Shown here: positions 23,561 through 36,061 of the stretch, in pieces
How the letters are laid out: every line of letters begins with the position of its first letter
Position numbering within the stretch: position 1 is the stretch's first letter
Notes under the pieces: model-generated
Told to the model about the DNA's origin: nothing
Seen by the model: the letters and a program-made list of their open reading frames with translations, nothing else
The model's database searches: none
From: Octopus sinensis
Taxonomy: Eukaryota
Reading direction: 5' to 3'
Assembly (NCBI RefSeq): GCF_006345805.1
Contig: NC_043013.1
Span: 34,472,001 to 34,536,000, forward strand
DNA length: 64,000 bases
Made by a program: the position numbers and the translations under genes

Positions 23561-24143
23561 TGAGAAAGTGTTAATATAAGTGAAAGAGAAAGAGAGAAAA
23601 ATGAAGAGTAGAGATAAGGAAGTGTTCTGCTGGGAAAGAGAGGGGTGGCAAAAAGGAGAGAGAGAGAGAGGAAGAGAGTGAAAGACAGAACAAAAAGGGA
23701 AAGAAAGCGAGTGAGGCAGAGTGGGTGGTGAGAGAGTAAGAGAGAGTTTGTGTGAGAGTGAAATAGAGAATGAATGAGAGCAAGAAAAGTAGAGTAAATG
23801 AGTGAATGAATGAGTAATTAAGAAAGAAAGTGTGAGTGAGTAAAAGAGAATCAGTTAAAGATGGTGAGTGAGAGTGAAGGAGTGAGTGAAAGAGAGGAAC
23901 TGAGTGACAGTGATTGAATGAGTGATGAAGTAAATGAATAAGAGAGTGAATGAGTGATGGAGAATAACTGAGTGAGAAATATCAGCCAAACTTCTCTTAA
24001 AGTATACCTCGCTGTTTTAAGAAATGAAGGTCACATTAGATAATATAATCCAAGATGCACTATGTATGAATAAAAAACAAAACAGAAAGGATGCTCATAT
24101 ATGGAACGTCTTTAATTTGGAGTTTGTTTAATAAACTTAATTA

Positions 24144-24281
24144 GGCACAGGAGTGGCTGTGCAGTAAGTAGCTTGCTCACCAACCACATGGTTCCAGGTT
24201 CATTCCCAGTGTGTGGCACCTTGGGCTGACCAAAGCCTTGTGAGTAGATTTGGTACACAGAAACTGAAAGAAGCCTGTCGC

Positions 24282-24315
<34 letters not shown>

Positions 24316-24527
24316 ATGTTTGTGTGTCTGTGTTTTTCCCCCCCTCCAACATCGCTTCGCAACTGATGCTGGTGTGTTTACACCCCCGTAACTTAGCAGT
24401 TCAGCAAAAGAGACCGATAGAATAAGTACTAGGCTTACAAACAATAAGTCCTGGGGTCGATTTGCTCGACTAAAGGTGGTGCTCCAGCATGGCCACAGTC
24501 AAATGCCTGAAACAAGTAAAAGAGTAA
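24144..24527 (+). mobile_element. SINE family A with a 26-bp internal deletion
   Basis: GCACCTTGGG joined directly to CTGACCAAAGCC. Confidence 0.9.
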
Positions 24528-24643
24528 TCTATAAGATGGTTTAAACTCCACCCCAACTCTTGGTTGTCTTTAGCAGAACCTGATGTTTCATTAGAGAATT
24601 GTTGGGAAAGGCCAAGATGGAACTGGAATGAAACTAGCCAAAT

Positions 24644-24856
24644 TTAACCCTTTGGCATTAAGATTACTCATATTTCTTCACATACTTTTGAATTAATCAT
24701 GCATAATCTCATAGCTTCAGGACTTTGATGATTAGATTGTTTAATTTTAGAATGACATTGCAGGATAGACGTCAAAGGCAGGATGTGGCTGGTTTGACCA
24801 TAAAACAGTTTGAATATTTGGGCCAGATATGGCTGGTTTAAATGCTAAAAGGTCAA
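24644..24856. mobile_element. Second piggyBac-like MITE (~205 bp), degenerate right end
   Basis: TTAA-CCCTTTGGCATT ... AATGCTAAAAGG-TCAA; 13 of 16 terminal positions are complementary. Confidence 0.65.
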
Positions 24857-25284
24857 AGATCAGAGGTCAATGTAGCAGCAAGCTGTTGGACCAAGTTATG
24901 AGTTGGAAGACAGTTGTTCTGCTTCCTACACATGTTGTGGATCTCTGACTTCGTTTCTCTATCTTCTCCACATCACTGGTCTCAAGAGATCTTTCAAAGG
25001 TTAAATGCACAGCCGATCTGTCCCCTTCCTATCTGACTACATGCAAGATTAAAAAAAAAAAACTAAACAAGACAGATTGGCTAAAAGACTGCAATGCAGT
25101 GAGCCAAAAGAATGGTAAGAGAGAAATAACATATAATCAGAATTTGTTTTCTTCGGAATTTTCAGTAAATAAGTTCCATGTCAAAGCAGGAAAGATTTCT
25201 AATTAGACAAGAATTAATTAATGGATGAAAATTGGCAACATGGATAATAAACAGTAAAGCAGGATAAATCACGGAGTAAACAAG

Positions 25285-26618
25285 ACAAATAATGATGATG
25301 ATGATGATGATGATAATGATGATGATGATGATGATGACGATGACAACAACGATGATGATGATGTTAATGATGATGATATTGATGATGATCTTCTACATGG
25401 ATGATCATTATGCTGTTCTGTTACTCTGACAATCTGCGATGGTGAGGGTTGTGGTGGGGTGGTAGGGTCCCTGATGTAATTGGAGTTGTAGCTATAGTGG
25501 TGGTGGTGGTGGTGTTGATGGTAGTAGCAGTGGTGTTCAGTGATGTATCTGAGGTTGTGAAATGGTAGAGGGTGTGTTGGTTGGGTGAGGTGGTTAACAG
25601 TGTAAGTAGATAGGTTGATGACTGATGGTGGTGGTGGTGGTGGTGGTGGTGGTGGTAGTTGTGATGTGTATGGCAGTTGAGGTGTAGTGGGAGTTGTGAT
25701 GTGGTAATATTTGATAGTATGTATAACAATGACGACCATTATAATAGTTGTGATGGAGGTGGTAGTGGTGGTGGTGGTGGTGGAGTTGATATGTTGGTAG
25801 TTGGCCCGATGTAAGAATGGTTGTTGTGATACAGTGAGTGTGGTGATAGTTTGTGATGTTGTTGGATTAATATTCAGAGAGAGAGGAGAGAGGGTAGAGG
25901 GAAAGAGAGGGGAAAGGGAGAGAGGGGAGAAGAAGAGAGATGAGAGAGAAAGAGAGAGAGAGAGGGGGGAGGAGCAGAAGGTAAGGCAAAAACAAAGTTT
26001 TGTTTTAGTGTGAGTAATTATCAATGTTAATTATAAATTACAAATATTAAAATTAGTAAAACACACAAAAAATTACATCTGAGCATGCAGAGTTGGGGGT
26101 GGGGTGTATATAGGTAGATATGTGGATAGATTAAATTAGTAAATATGTAAATAGGTTGATAAGTGTGAATAGCAGAAGTAATGTTGGTAGGGAGGAAAAA
26201 AGAATGGCAAGTGGACAGGTGGGTAGGTAGGTAGGTCGGTCGGTCACTTGGTAGGTATGAAGTTAGATAGGTGGGTATGTTGATAGATAGCTACAAGGGT
26301 AGATGGATGGATAACCAGACAGATAGACAGAAAGAGAGAGAGATAAGGAGAGACAGGGAGAGACGGGGAGGAGGAGAGGGAGGAGGATATTCTGCAAAAT
26401 TTTTATGAGTATATATTCAATCTGTGTATATGAAGAAGAATTTATGTATGCATGTATGTATATATACATGTATATATTTGTGTGTGCATGTGTGTGCATG
26501 TTGATGAGCATGTGGATTTATCTATATATGAATGTATTCATAGATGTGTGTGTATGCACATGTATATATATATATATATTATTATATAATTATATTTATA
26601 TGTATGTATTCATATATA

Positions 26619-26664
<46 letters not shown>

Positions 26665-26895
26665 CACACACACACACATATATATACATATACATACATA
26701 TATATATATATGTATTCATATATATATATATACATACATACACACATATATATACATATACATACATACATATATATATATATATGTATTCATATATATA
26801 TATATATATACATACATATATTTACATATACATACACATACATATATTTACATATACATACATATATTTACATATACATACATACATATATTTAC

Positions 26896-26962
<67 letters not shown>

Positions 26963-27570
26963 TAATTATGTTAAGATTTCAAATTTCAAGGCTTCATTAC
27001 TCAAGTTTCATCCCTGCTATGGGCAATCTTCAGTTAGAGTGCATTCCGATATGTATACAGGTGAGAGAGAACGAGAGAGAGAAAGACAGAGAGCCAAGGT
27101 AAGGAAAGAGAAGAAGAAGGAAACAGTGTTGGTATGCCTATATGCATGAATGAGTTAGCAAATGTATGTGTGTATGAGAGAGAGAGAGAGAGAATCAGAG
27201 AGAGTAAATATAGCTTTATCTGTATGTGTGCGTTTAAGTGCATATATTTATACTCTTTTCCTGAAGTTTCCATATATGTGTTTGTATATGTATTACAAAC
27301 ACATGCATTTACACACACACATAGACAAACACACATACACACACATGTGCGTGCACATAACAGATAAAAAAATATTTTAAAAATTAAAACATTTCTTTTG
27401 AAGATTGCCTCTAGCTCACATGAAACTCTAGTAATGAATGTTGGAGATGCTTAATCCAAACATTAATAAATGCATTATCATAATCATTGTCATCATCAGC
27501 ATCAGTCTTACCGTCATCACCAACTCACCCTCCACCACCACCACCACCACCACAAACAACAACAACAACA
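25285..27570. repeat. Extended low-complexity field ((GAT)n, (GGT)n, (GA)n, (GATA)-like, long (TA/CA)n at 26440-26960)
   Basis: Direct inspection. Confidence 0.92.
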
Positions 27571-27674
27571 AACATCTGTTTATCCGTGATGGCATATATA
27601 TATAGCCCCTACCACAGTTATTGAGTACTCTCATCATGTTCAAGATCCTCGAACCACTAATCCATCCATATATA

Positions 27675-27710
<36 letters not shown>

Positions 27711-27714
27711 AGTG

Positions 27715-28096
27715 TCGCATAACTGACCAATTTGAGAGTACCCTTCGGTTGTCAGGCAATATGCAGTGCTTGAGAAGACCTGTTGAGTCAAGTGAAATCG
27801 TTATCATGGCTGATGCAAGTGCCACCGGACAGGCACTTGTGCTAGTGGCATGTATAAAGCACCATTTGAGCATGGTTAATGCCAGTATAGCTGGACAGGC
27901 TCCCGTGCTGGTGGCACATAAAAAGCACCCACTACACTTTCAGGGTGGTTGGCGTTAGGAAGACCATCCAGCTGTAGAAACCTTGCTAGATCACATTGGA
28001 GCCTGGTGCAACCTCCTGGGTTGCCAGTCCTCAGCCAAACTGTCCAACCCATGCCAGCATGGAAAGCAGACGTTAAATGATGATGATGATGATGAT
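27715..28096 (+). mobile_element. 5'-truncated RTE 3'-UTR copy / RTE-tail SINE ending in (ATG)n
   Basis: Reverse-complement similarity to the terminal part of the RTE at 28385-29795. Confidence 0.85.
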
Positions 28097-28384
28097 ATAT
28101 ATATATATCAGGTATGGTTGTGTGGTGAAGAAGCCCTGCAACCACATGGGTTTGGGTTCATTTTCATTGCACAGTAACTTGGGTGAGTGACTTCAACTAT
28201 AGCTCCAAGTTGAGCAATGCATTGTGAGGGAATTTCGTTGACAGAAATTTCTGGAAGGCCATCACATAAGAGTAGCTGGATAGTAAGAAGCTTGTGTTGC
28301 AACTACATCTTTCAGTAACTACTGCATTTCCTTGTGAGTGGATTTAGTAAACTGGAATAGAAACTTACTTTGTGTGAGTGTATA

Positions 28385-29793
28385 TATCATCATCATCATC
28401 ATCATCATCGTTTAACGTCCGTTCTCCATGCTAGCATGGGTTGGATGGTTCGACCGGGGATCTGGGAAGCCAGAAGGCTGCACCAGGCTCCAGTCTGATC
28501 TGGCAGTGTTTCTACAGCTGGATGCCCTTCCTAACGCCAACCACTCCGTGAGTGTAGTGGGTGCTTTTTAGATGCCAGGCGAGGCTGGGAACGGCCACGA
28601 TCAGATTGTTGATTTTATGTGCCACCGGCACGGAAGCCAGTCAAGGCAGAGCTGGCATCGGCCATGTTCGGATGGTGCTTTTTACGTGCCACTGGCATGG
28701 AAGCCAGTCTAGGCGGTGCTGGCATCGGCCATGTTCGGATGGTGCTTTTTACGTACCACCAGCACAGGGATCACAACTGCAGTTCCCATTGATTTTTGAT
28801 GTTGGTGTACTTTACTCAATGGATCTCCTCAAGCACAGGGTTGAAACGGTGTTTCTTTACTTACCACCTGCACACGAGTCAGTCCAGTGGTCCTCGCAAC
28901 TGCTGGGTGCCAGTCATAGGATTGGTTCAATTTCGATTTCTATTTCACTTGCCCCAACATGTCTTCACAAGCAGAGTTTAGTGTCCAATGAAGGGAGGTT
29001 GGCATGGGTGCCCGTCGTCGGATGAGGTTCGATTTCGACTTCGCTTGCCTCAACAGGTCATCGTGTGTCCAAGGGAAGGAAAGGCATGCATAAGTGGGCT
29101 GGCTGGGATGGACTCACTTGTCCTGCCGGGTCTTCTCACGCACAGCATATTTCCAAAGGTCTCGGTCACTGGTCATTGCCTCGGTGAGGCCTAAAGTTCG
29201 AAGGTTGTGCGTCACCACCTCGTCCCAGGTTTTCCTGGGTTTACTTCTTCCACAGGTTCCCTCAACACTAGGGTGTGGCACTTTTTCACACAACTATCTT
29301 AATCCATTCTCGCCATATGACCATACCAGTGCAATCGTCTCTCTTGCATACCACAGCTGATGCTTCTTAGGTCCAACATTTCTCTCAAGGTACTTACACT
29401 CTGTCGAGTATGCACACTGACATTACACATCCAACGGAGCATACTAGCTTCATTTCTCGCGAGCTTACACATGTCCTCAGCAGTCACGGCTCATGTTTCA
29501 CTGCCATGTAGCATGGCTGTTTGTACACATACATCATACAGTCTGCCTTTTACTCTGAGCGAGAGGCCTTTAGTCACCAGCAGAGGTAAGAGCTCCCTGA
29601 ACTTTGCCCAGACTATTCTTACTCTAGCAGTTACACTTTCAACACACCCACCCCCGCTACTGACCTGGTCACCTAGATAATAGAAGCTATCAACTACTTC
29701 TAGTTTTTCCCCCTGGAAAGTGACGGAAGTTGTTTATTGCTCCTGAGCATCTGCCACATACAAAAACTATCTTCTCAGTTAGCCTTCCTGGGA

Positions 29794-29795
<2 letters not shown>
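28385..29795 (-). mobile_element. RTE-clade LINE, 1.4-kb 5'-truncated copy with ORF C-terminus (stop at 29114-29116), ~730-bp 3' UTR and (ATG)n tail
   Basis: RELLPLLVTKGLSLRVKGRLYDVCVQTAMLHGSET*AVTAEDMCKLARNEASMLRWMC...ERRLHWYGHMARMD...PRKTWDEVV...DRDLWKYAVREKTRQDK*. Confidence 0.93.
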
Positions 29796-29830
<35 letters not shown>

Positions 29831-29831
<1 letters not shown>

Positions 29832-30165
29832 TTGAGTGACTTCAAATATAGCTCCAAATTGAGTAATGCATTGTGAGTTGATTTGGGAGATAGAAACTGA
29901 AAGAAGCCCATCATATATATGTATATATAAAATTATATGTGTCTGTGTATTTGTGTATCTGTGTTTGCCCCCCCCCCTAACGTCGCTCAACATCCGATAG
30001 TGTGTTTATGTCCCCATAACTTAGCAGTTCGGCAAAAAGAGACCGATAGAGTAAGTACTAGGCTTACAAAAATTAATCCTGGGGTCGATTTGCTCAGCTA
30101 AAAGGTGGTGCTCCAGCATGGCCGCAGTCAAATGACTGAAACTAGTAAAAGTATAAAAGAATAAA
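29831..30165 (+). mobile_element. SINE family A lacking the extreme head
   Basis: Colinear with the family A body and tail. Confidence 0.85.
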
Positions 30166-31103
30166 AGAAAGAATATATGCTAAGGGATAGAGAGTGAGTG
30201 ATTGAGAGAGTGAAAGATAGAGAGAGAGAGGGGGAGAGAGAATTATTAGTTTTGTTTTCCAAATACAATCGCTAAAAATTACTTGGAACAACTTTTAGTG
30301 AAAATCTGTAAAGTCTGATGTCTTTATTGTAATTCTTATTAAAATTTCCTCCTGAAACGGCTTCAATCCTTCTTCTTAACCCCACAACTATGCTTGAGAT
30401 GATAGGTTTCTTTTAGTTTCCAGTCATCAATTTTCACTCACGATGCAAACCATTTAACCACATCATCATGCTATCACCTACATACATGCGCACACATATA
30501 CACCTGCTTATTTTTTCATATCAGTGAGAATAGGTAAGCCCCATACAACCAACTTGATATTATAGTAGCTAGACACCATATATATATGCACATATACATA
30601 CCTAGGCATATATATATATACATTTAATTATATATATATACATGCATACATATAATTATATATATTTATATACATATATGCATATATATATCTGTGTGTA
30701 ATGACAAACTATCACACACATATAGGAACACCATGCCCAGAACAAAATCAAAATAATGTAAACAAATTGACCACACAACAATTTGCCCAAAAGAAAAATC
30801 CAAAAGAAACAATCATCAAAAAGATGCTTCCCAACAGTAACGTCCTTTGATGTATTGATCCACTGTTTTATTCACATGAGTTCACGAGAATCTCCATGAA
30901 CTAAACAAGGCTGTTTTCCAAAATGGAGGTGAACGCCTTTTTCCATGTGATTGGCTTAAAAAATTAAGATACCAGACATTAGAATATTTTCTACTTATTT
31001 AAACATGAAACATAAGGTAACCTTAACACACACACACATATCTATCTAACGATATATATACTTGATTAATGACGGAAGATGAAAGATACGAAAATGTTTA
31101 TTG

Positions 31104-31186
31104 ATCACTACAATTGTTTCAACACATCTAGCATTGATCCCTGGTTTAGGTGTATCTGTTGGTGTAGATGTGTCTTTTCAGGTGAT
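31104..31186 (-). ncRNA. Type I hammerhead ribozyme motif (PLE-type), core G8->A variant
   Basis: Minus strand: ATCAC CTGAAAA GACACATCTA..loop..TAGATGTGTT GAAA CAATTG TA GTGAT. Confidence 0.75.
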
Positions 31187-31274
31187 TACAAGATGTATCT
31201 CATTAAAATATATGGCACCTAGCAACAATAACATTTAACTGAATATACATATTAGTATATAACATATATATATA

Positions 31275-31447
31275 TATGGACATGAGGTAAGATGTTTGCT
31301 ACTAAACCACATATTCCAGGTTCTGCCACATCACTTGGCACCAAGTCTTCTACTATAACCACTGGCTACCAAAGCCTTGTGAGTAGATTTGGTAGTTGGA
31401 AAGATGGAAACTGAAAGAAGCCCTTTGTGTGTGTGTGTATATATATA
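31275..31447 (+). mobile_element. SINE family A, 5' half ending in (TG)n(TA)n
   Basis: Family A head and first half; abuts the PLE derivative. Confidence 0.75.
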
Positions 31448-31470
31448 TATAAAAGAAAAAAGCAACAAGA

Positions 31471-31977
31471 ATGGATCAATATTTCGGTACAATTGTTTCG
31501 TATGAAGACAGTAATATGAATAGCAGTAATATGAGACATTTATCCTCGAATAATTCCACATCAGAAAATAATTCCCCTAGGTGTAACTGTAGAATTAGAT
31601 CAAAATGCCCGGCACCTGGTCTATGCAGGTTAAATAACGTAATCTATAAATGTACCATAACCACAGAGGATAACAAATTTATCTATTTAGGATGTACTAT
31701 GAATTTTAAGAAACGTCTTAGCAATCATCTCTCTTCTTTCAAATTACATCATAAAGCTGATAGCCCCACACTTTCAAGTAAGATCTGGGAACTCAAAAAC
31801 AATAATATTAAGTATAACCTTAATTGGGAATTAGTTAGAAGAGCAATACCTTATAAAAATAGCAGAGTTGGTTGTCAACTTTGCTCCATGGAAACATTTG
31901 AAATACTAATGCATAAAAGAAATGATAATTTGTTGAACAACCGGATAGAATTGGGTTTTATCTTGTATGCACGCTAG
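31471..31977 (+). CDS. Stand-alone GIY-YIG endonuclease ORF of a Neptune-type PLE (168 aa; probable 1-nt frameshift near the C-terminus)
   Basis: CNCRIRSKCPAPGLC..NVIYKC..IYLGCT..FKKRLSNH..LSSKIWELK..W..CQLCSMETFEI..LLNNR. The +1 frame continues LSCMHARIKTLKYFK* to 32005. Confidence 0.85.
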   Translation: MDQYFGTIVSYEDSNMNSSNMRHLSSNNSTSENNSPRCNCRIRSKCPAPGLCRLNNVIYKCTITTEDNKFIYLGCTMNFKKRLSNHLSSFKLHHKADSPTLSSKIWELKNNNIKYNLNWELVRRAIPYKNSRVGCQLCSMETFEILMHKRNDNLLNNRIELGFILYAR

Positions 31978-33208
31978 GATTAAGACTCTAAAATATTTCA
32001 AATGATAACCGTATATAAAAATCATTTTGTGATTTATCTATCTTGCTTATACTAATAAAGCAATACTCTTATATATTATATATTATATATTTAATTAGAT
32101 AGCTACGATCTCATAGGCTATGGTTATTTTCTCTCTAACTGTACCAGGTTTGAAACTTAAAGAAATAAATTAGTTGCAAATAGATTTTCATTCTAATAGA
32201 CTATATAGATGATTTAAATTAATTCTATCTAACTTTTAATCTATTTTAAGTAAACCAACTTATAGCAAATTAGTTAATTAGACTTCATAGTTCTTTTATA
32301 TATACTACTAGTAAATATTGCTAATCCCATAAAAATAATATAACGTTTTTTCATTATGAAAAATAACTCTCAATCCTTTCTTTTGACCCCTTAATGTAGT
32401 CCCAACCCGGGCAATGTATTAATAGTAACATTAATAAATAAAGAAATAAATTAAATGACCTCCGTTCAAGTGTTTGTGCTGAAATCTGTTAATGGTTTTT
32501 TCCTATAGTGACAACCTTTGACCCCTCTTTACCTTCTCATATCCTCTTTAGCAAGGTGGTCAAAATAAGCATTCCTCCTTTAAGCTCTTTGATTCTTGCA
32601 AATTCTGAATCAGTCAGTTCGTCTCCACTGAAATAAACTATTCTGTGTAGTTGGACATTTACATCCCCTTCCCCTCTCAGTTACCCAAATATACCCTATG
32701 TGAAGGATTGTCTCTACGCTTCACTAACCCTCCTTCAACAAATTTAATTCTAACATAGCAGTTTGGAGAAATTCTCAGAAATGTAACCAAAATATCATCA
32801 CACATCAGGAAACACTCTTTATTATGGACTAAGTATGGATAAATGCATATTCTGTGAGTATGATACCTCTCCTCATATCTCCAGAAATCAGACTTTCTTC
32901 AATATGGATGGATTTACATCTTCATTTTCGGAGGAGATATCTTCCTGGGGCTACAAACTACAGTAGCATCCACCCTTAGGGGTTAGCCATATTCAAATGG
33001 CAAATATGCGTCACGATTTTCATTTTTATTTTCTGGAAAACTAAAAGGTTTTTTAAAATACTTTTTTAAAACCCGTTATATGACTGTGCAACACTAAAAG
33101 AACTTTTAGAAGTCCATTTGTTACCTAAATCATATTTTTATAGAACTATCCCTGATGTTTCAGGAGTGTAACATCACCCCCTTAGATGTTTGGAGAACTC
33201 AGATGTTT

Positions 33209-33297
33209 TTTCGGCTGATGAGTACAGGTCACTTATATTTACTGCAATATTTGCAGCCTTAATAAAGCTGTCTTTGTACGAAGCAATTGTACCGAAA
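33209..33297 (+). ncRNA. Type I hammerhead ribozyme motif in the PLE pLTR (A15.1->G variant)
   Basis: TTTCGG CTGATGA GTACA..45-nt loop..TGTAC GAAG CAATTG TA CCGAAA; predicted cleavage after A33291. Confidence 0.8.
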
Positions 33298-33452
33298 TAT
33301 TGATCCATTCTTGTTGCTTTTTTCTTATTTATAATCACCCCGCATTATCTTATGGTTAACACCATATAGATTTCTGGTGCATCTAAGTTAAGTACCGCAT
33401 TCATGTGAATTCAACAGAACTCACTTGAATCTTAATTGCTTTTACTGAATAA

Positions 33453-33489
<37 letters not shown>

Positions 33490-33523
33490 ATCTGTACATA
33501 TGTGTGTGTATGTATATATATAT

Positions 33524-33930
33524 AGGAGCAAAAATAGCTGTGTGGTAAGTAGTTTACTTACTAACCACATGATTCCAGGTTCAGTCCCACTCCATGGCAC
33601 CTTAGGCAAGTCTCTTCTACTATAGCTTCAGGGCGACCAAAGCCTTGTGAGTGGATTTGGTAGAAAGAAACTGTAAGAAGCCTGTCGTGTATACATATAT
33701 ATATATATATAGTAATGAGTGTCTTTCTGCATGTGTTTAGCCCCCACCACTGTTTGACAATCGATGTTGGTTCATTTGCATCTTTGTAACTTAACAATTT
33801 GGCAAATGTGACTGATAGAATAAATACCAGGGTTAAAATTAATTTGTGTGGTTGATTTGTTTGAGTAAACACTTCAAAGCAGTGCCCCAGCATGGCCACA
33901 GTCCAATAATGACTGAAACAAACATAAGAT
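33524..33930 (+). mobile_element. SINE family A (variant tail)
   Basis: Family A head, internal (TA)n, tail GACTGAAACAAACATAAGA. Confidence 0.88.
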
Positions 33931-34107
33931 TTATATATATATAATTGTGTGTGTGTATATATATATATATATATACATATATGTGTATATATATACATAT
34001 ATACATATAAATATGTATGTATATATATATATATATATATATAAACATATATATGTATGTGTATATATATATATATATATATAAACATATATATGTATGT
34101 ATAAAGG

Positions 34108-34432
34108 GTAAAGACCCCCTTCGGTCATGAATGACCATGGGATTGCACCTAGAAAGTTACCCTCCTAGACACAAGTCCGGGCAAGTTGTTTTATGGAAGG
34201 CCAGCAGTCGCCCATGCATACCAGCCTCCCCTCTCCACGCCACCAGTGTTATCCAAGGGAAAGACAAAGGTCAATACAGCTTGGCACCAGTGACGTCGCA
34301 GCTCATTTCTACAGCTGAGTGAACTGGAGCAACGTGAAATAAAGTGCCTTGCTCGAGAACACAACACGCAGCCCGGTCCGGGATTCGAGCTCACAACCTC
34401 ACGATCGTAAGCTCGACGCTCTAACCACTGAC
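34108..34432 (-). mobile_element. SINE family D, young copy
   Basis: CpG-rich head CAGTGGTTAGAGCGTCGAGC...GAGCTCGAATCCCGG; colinear with 6852-7165; embedded in (TA)n. Confidence 0.9.
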
Positions 34433-34561
34433 ATGTATGTATATATATATATGTATATATAAATATATGTATGTATATATATATATATAATATATATATA
34501 TATATATGTGGTGTGTGTGTGTGTGTATATATATATACACATATATATAGGTATATATATA

Positions 34562-34597
<36 letters not shown>

Positions 34598-34619
34598 ATA
34601 TATATATACACATATATAT

Positions 34620-34658
<39 letters not shown>

Positions 34659-36061
34659 TGTATTTAACCACAACGAATTCTTTAAGAAAATAAATCAAAG
34701 TATACAGTAAATTTGGATGAAACTGCTAAATCTAAATGTCAGCAAAAAAAGAAAAAAAGTAATAAAAGAAACCAACTTAATAATTATCAAATTAATTGCT
34801 TTGCTGATACATTATTATAACGTTCATGAAATGAAATTTTGTATGCTTTAGGGTAAATGAGAATTATTCAGTTTACCAGCTGCGATCTTTTTACAAAGTT
34901 GAGATGTCTCAAACAGAATTTTTCAATCTGAAGTGATTATATTTAAATCTAAATTGACCCTTATAAATTTATAAGCCCATTTTGTTATATTGTATTATCT
35001 AAGCTTTAACTTAAAATGAAAATATCATTTACATTATTAAATCCAGCTAAAATTGTTGATTCACATGTAATTCAAAGCAGTGACTTGTATTGGAAATAAA
35101 GGTACAAACTGTTTAAATCTTTGATGATGAGGTCCAATAAGACTGAAATATGTGAAGAGTTGTCTCCTATACTTGATAAATTATTTTAAATACTATCCGC
35201 GATTAACTTTTTCTCACCCTACAATTAATGATAATTAGTTCCTAATTAGTTATTCATTATTCCCTGCAATCATTTATATTAACTAAACTATATTTTAATC
35301 TAAATGTGAATGGATAGAAAATTAAATATGATTTCATAGCATGAAGTAGAAAGGAAATAAACTTCTTCCAGTGTTTTCATAGGTTTACATTTTTGGAGGG
35401 AGTTCAATAACTTAATGAAAGGAGCAAAGGTAGCACCCATTACCATTCTCAGACTTTCAAGACTGGCAGAATAAAAGAGGGAGTTAGGCTTAGACAAGAA
35501 ATTTACTCTGAATGCTTACTATAAAGTACAATAGATTACTTACAAGAGAGAACATGTAATAAAGGCACAGCATTATTTTTCTGTAAATTCAAGAAAACGA
35601 CTTTTAAATGATTTTGAGATAACCTACTCATTCTTATTTTTTTCTCTCTTTGTCAACATATTTTGCAAGATAACCATTATCCTCAGCACATTTACTCAGC
35701 TATTTCTAAATGTGAAATCTGATTCAAATCCTCATTATTATATATTTGTTGTTTTTTTTTTTTTTTGCTGTGAGAGGAACAGTTTCAATTTCATTTCGAA
35801 AGCATTGTTATCATTTACTTAGCTCAAAAAAAAACTATTTGTTCTTCATCTTCTACATTTTCAAATTTAGATAATTAACATTAACCAAAAATGCTAAACC
35901 AAATAGCAAGTTGTTATCACATAAAGTGGCTCTTTCTTCAGCCAACTAATTTTTCTCTAGTAGAAAATCACGAACAATAGATTCTAGCTTTCGAAACACT
36001 TAAAACATGTACTTAATGTCCTTTCTTTAATTTTACCATGGTATTTCATAACTGTAAATAT

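Larger units (their letters stand above)
31448..33452 (+). mobile_element. Penelope-like element derivative (Neptune-type): inverted terminal segment + GIY-YIG ORF + ~1.2-kb spacer + hammerhead-containing pLTR; no RT
   Basis: 31448-31510 is the reverse complement of ~33268-33333 (3 substitutions and 1 indel). Both ends abut (TA)n. Confidence 0.8.

Noticed and set aside
32480-32898. Antisense stop-free stretches inside the PLE spacer (73 codons RKSDFW...YLGN, then ~47 codons)
   Set aside because: No start codon context or recognisable motif; lengths are compatible with chance. A tBLASTn/HMM hit or conservation among element copies would revive it.
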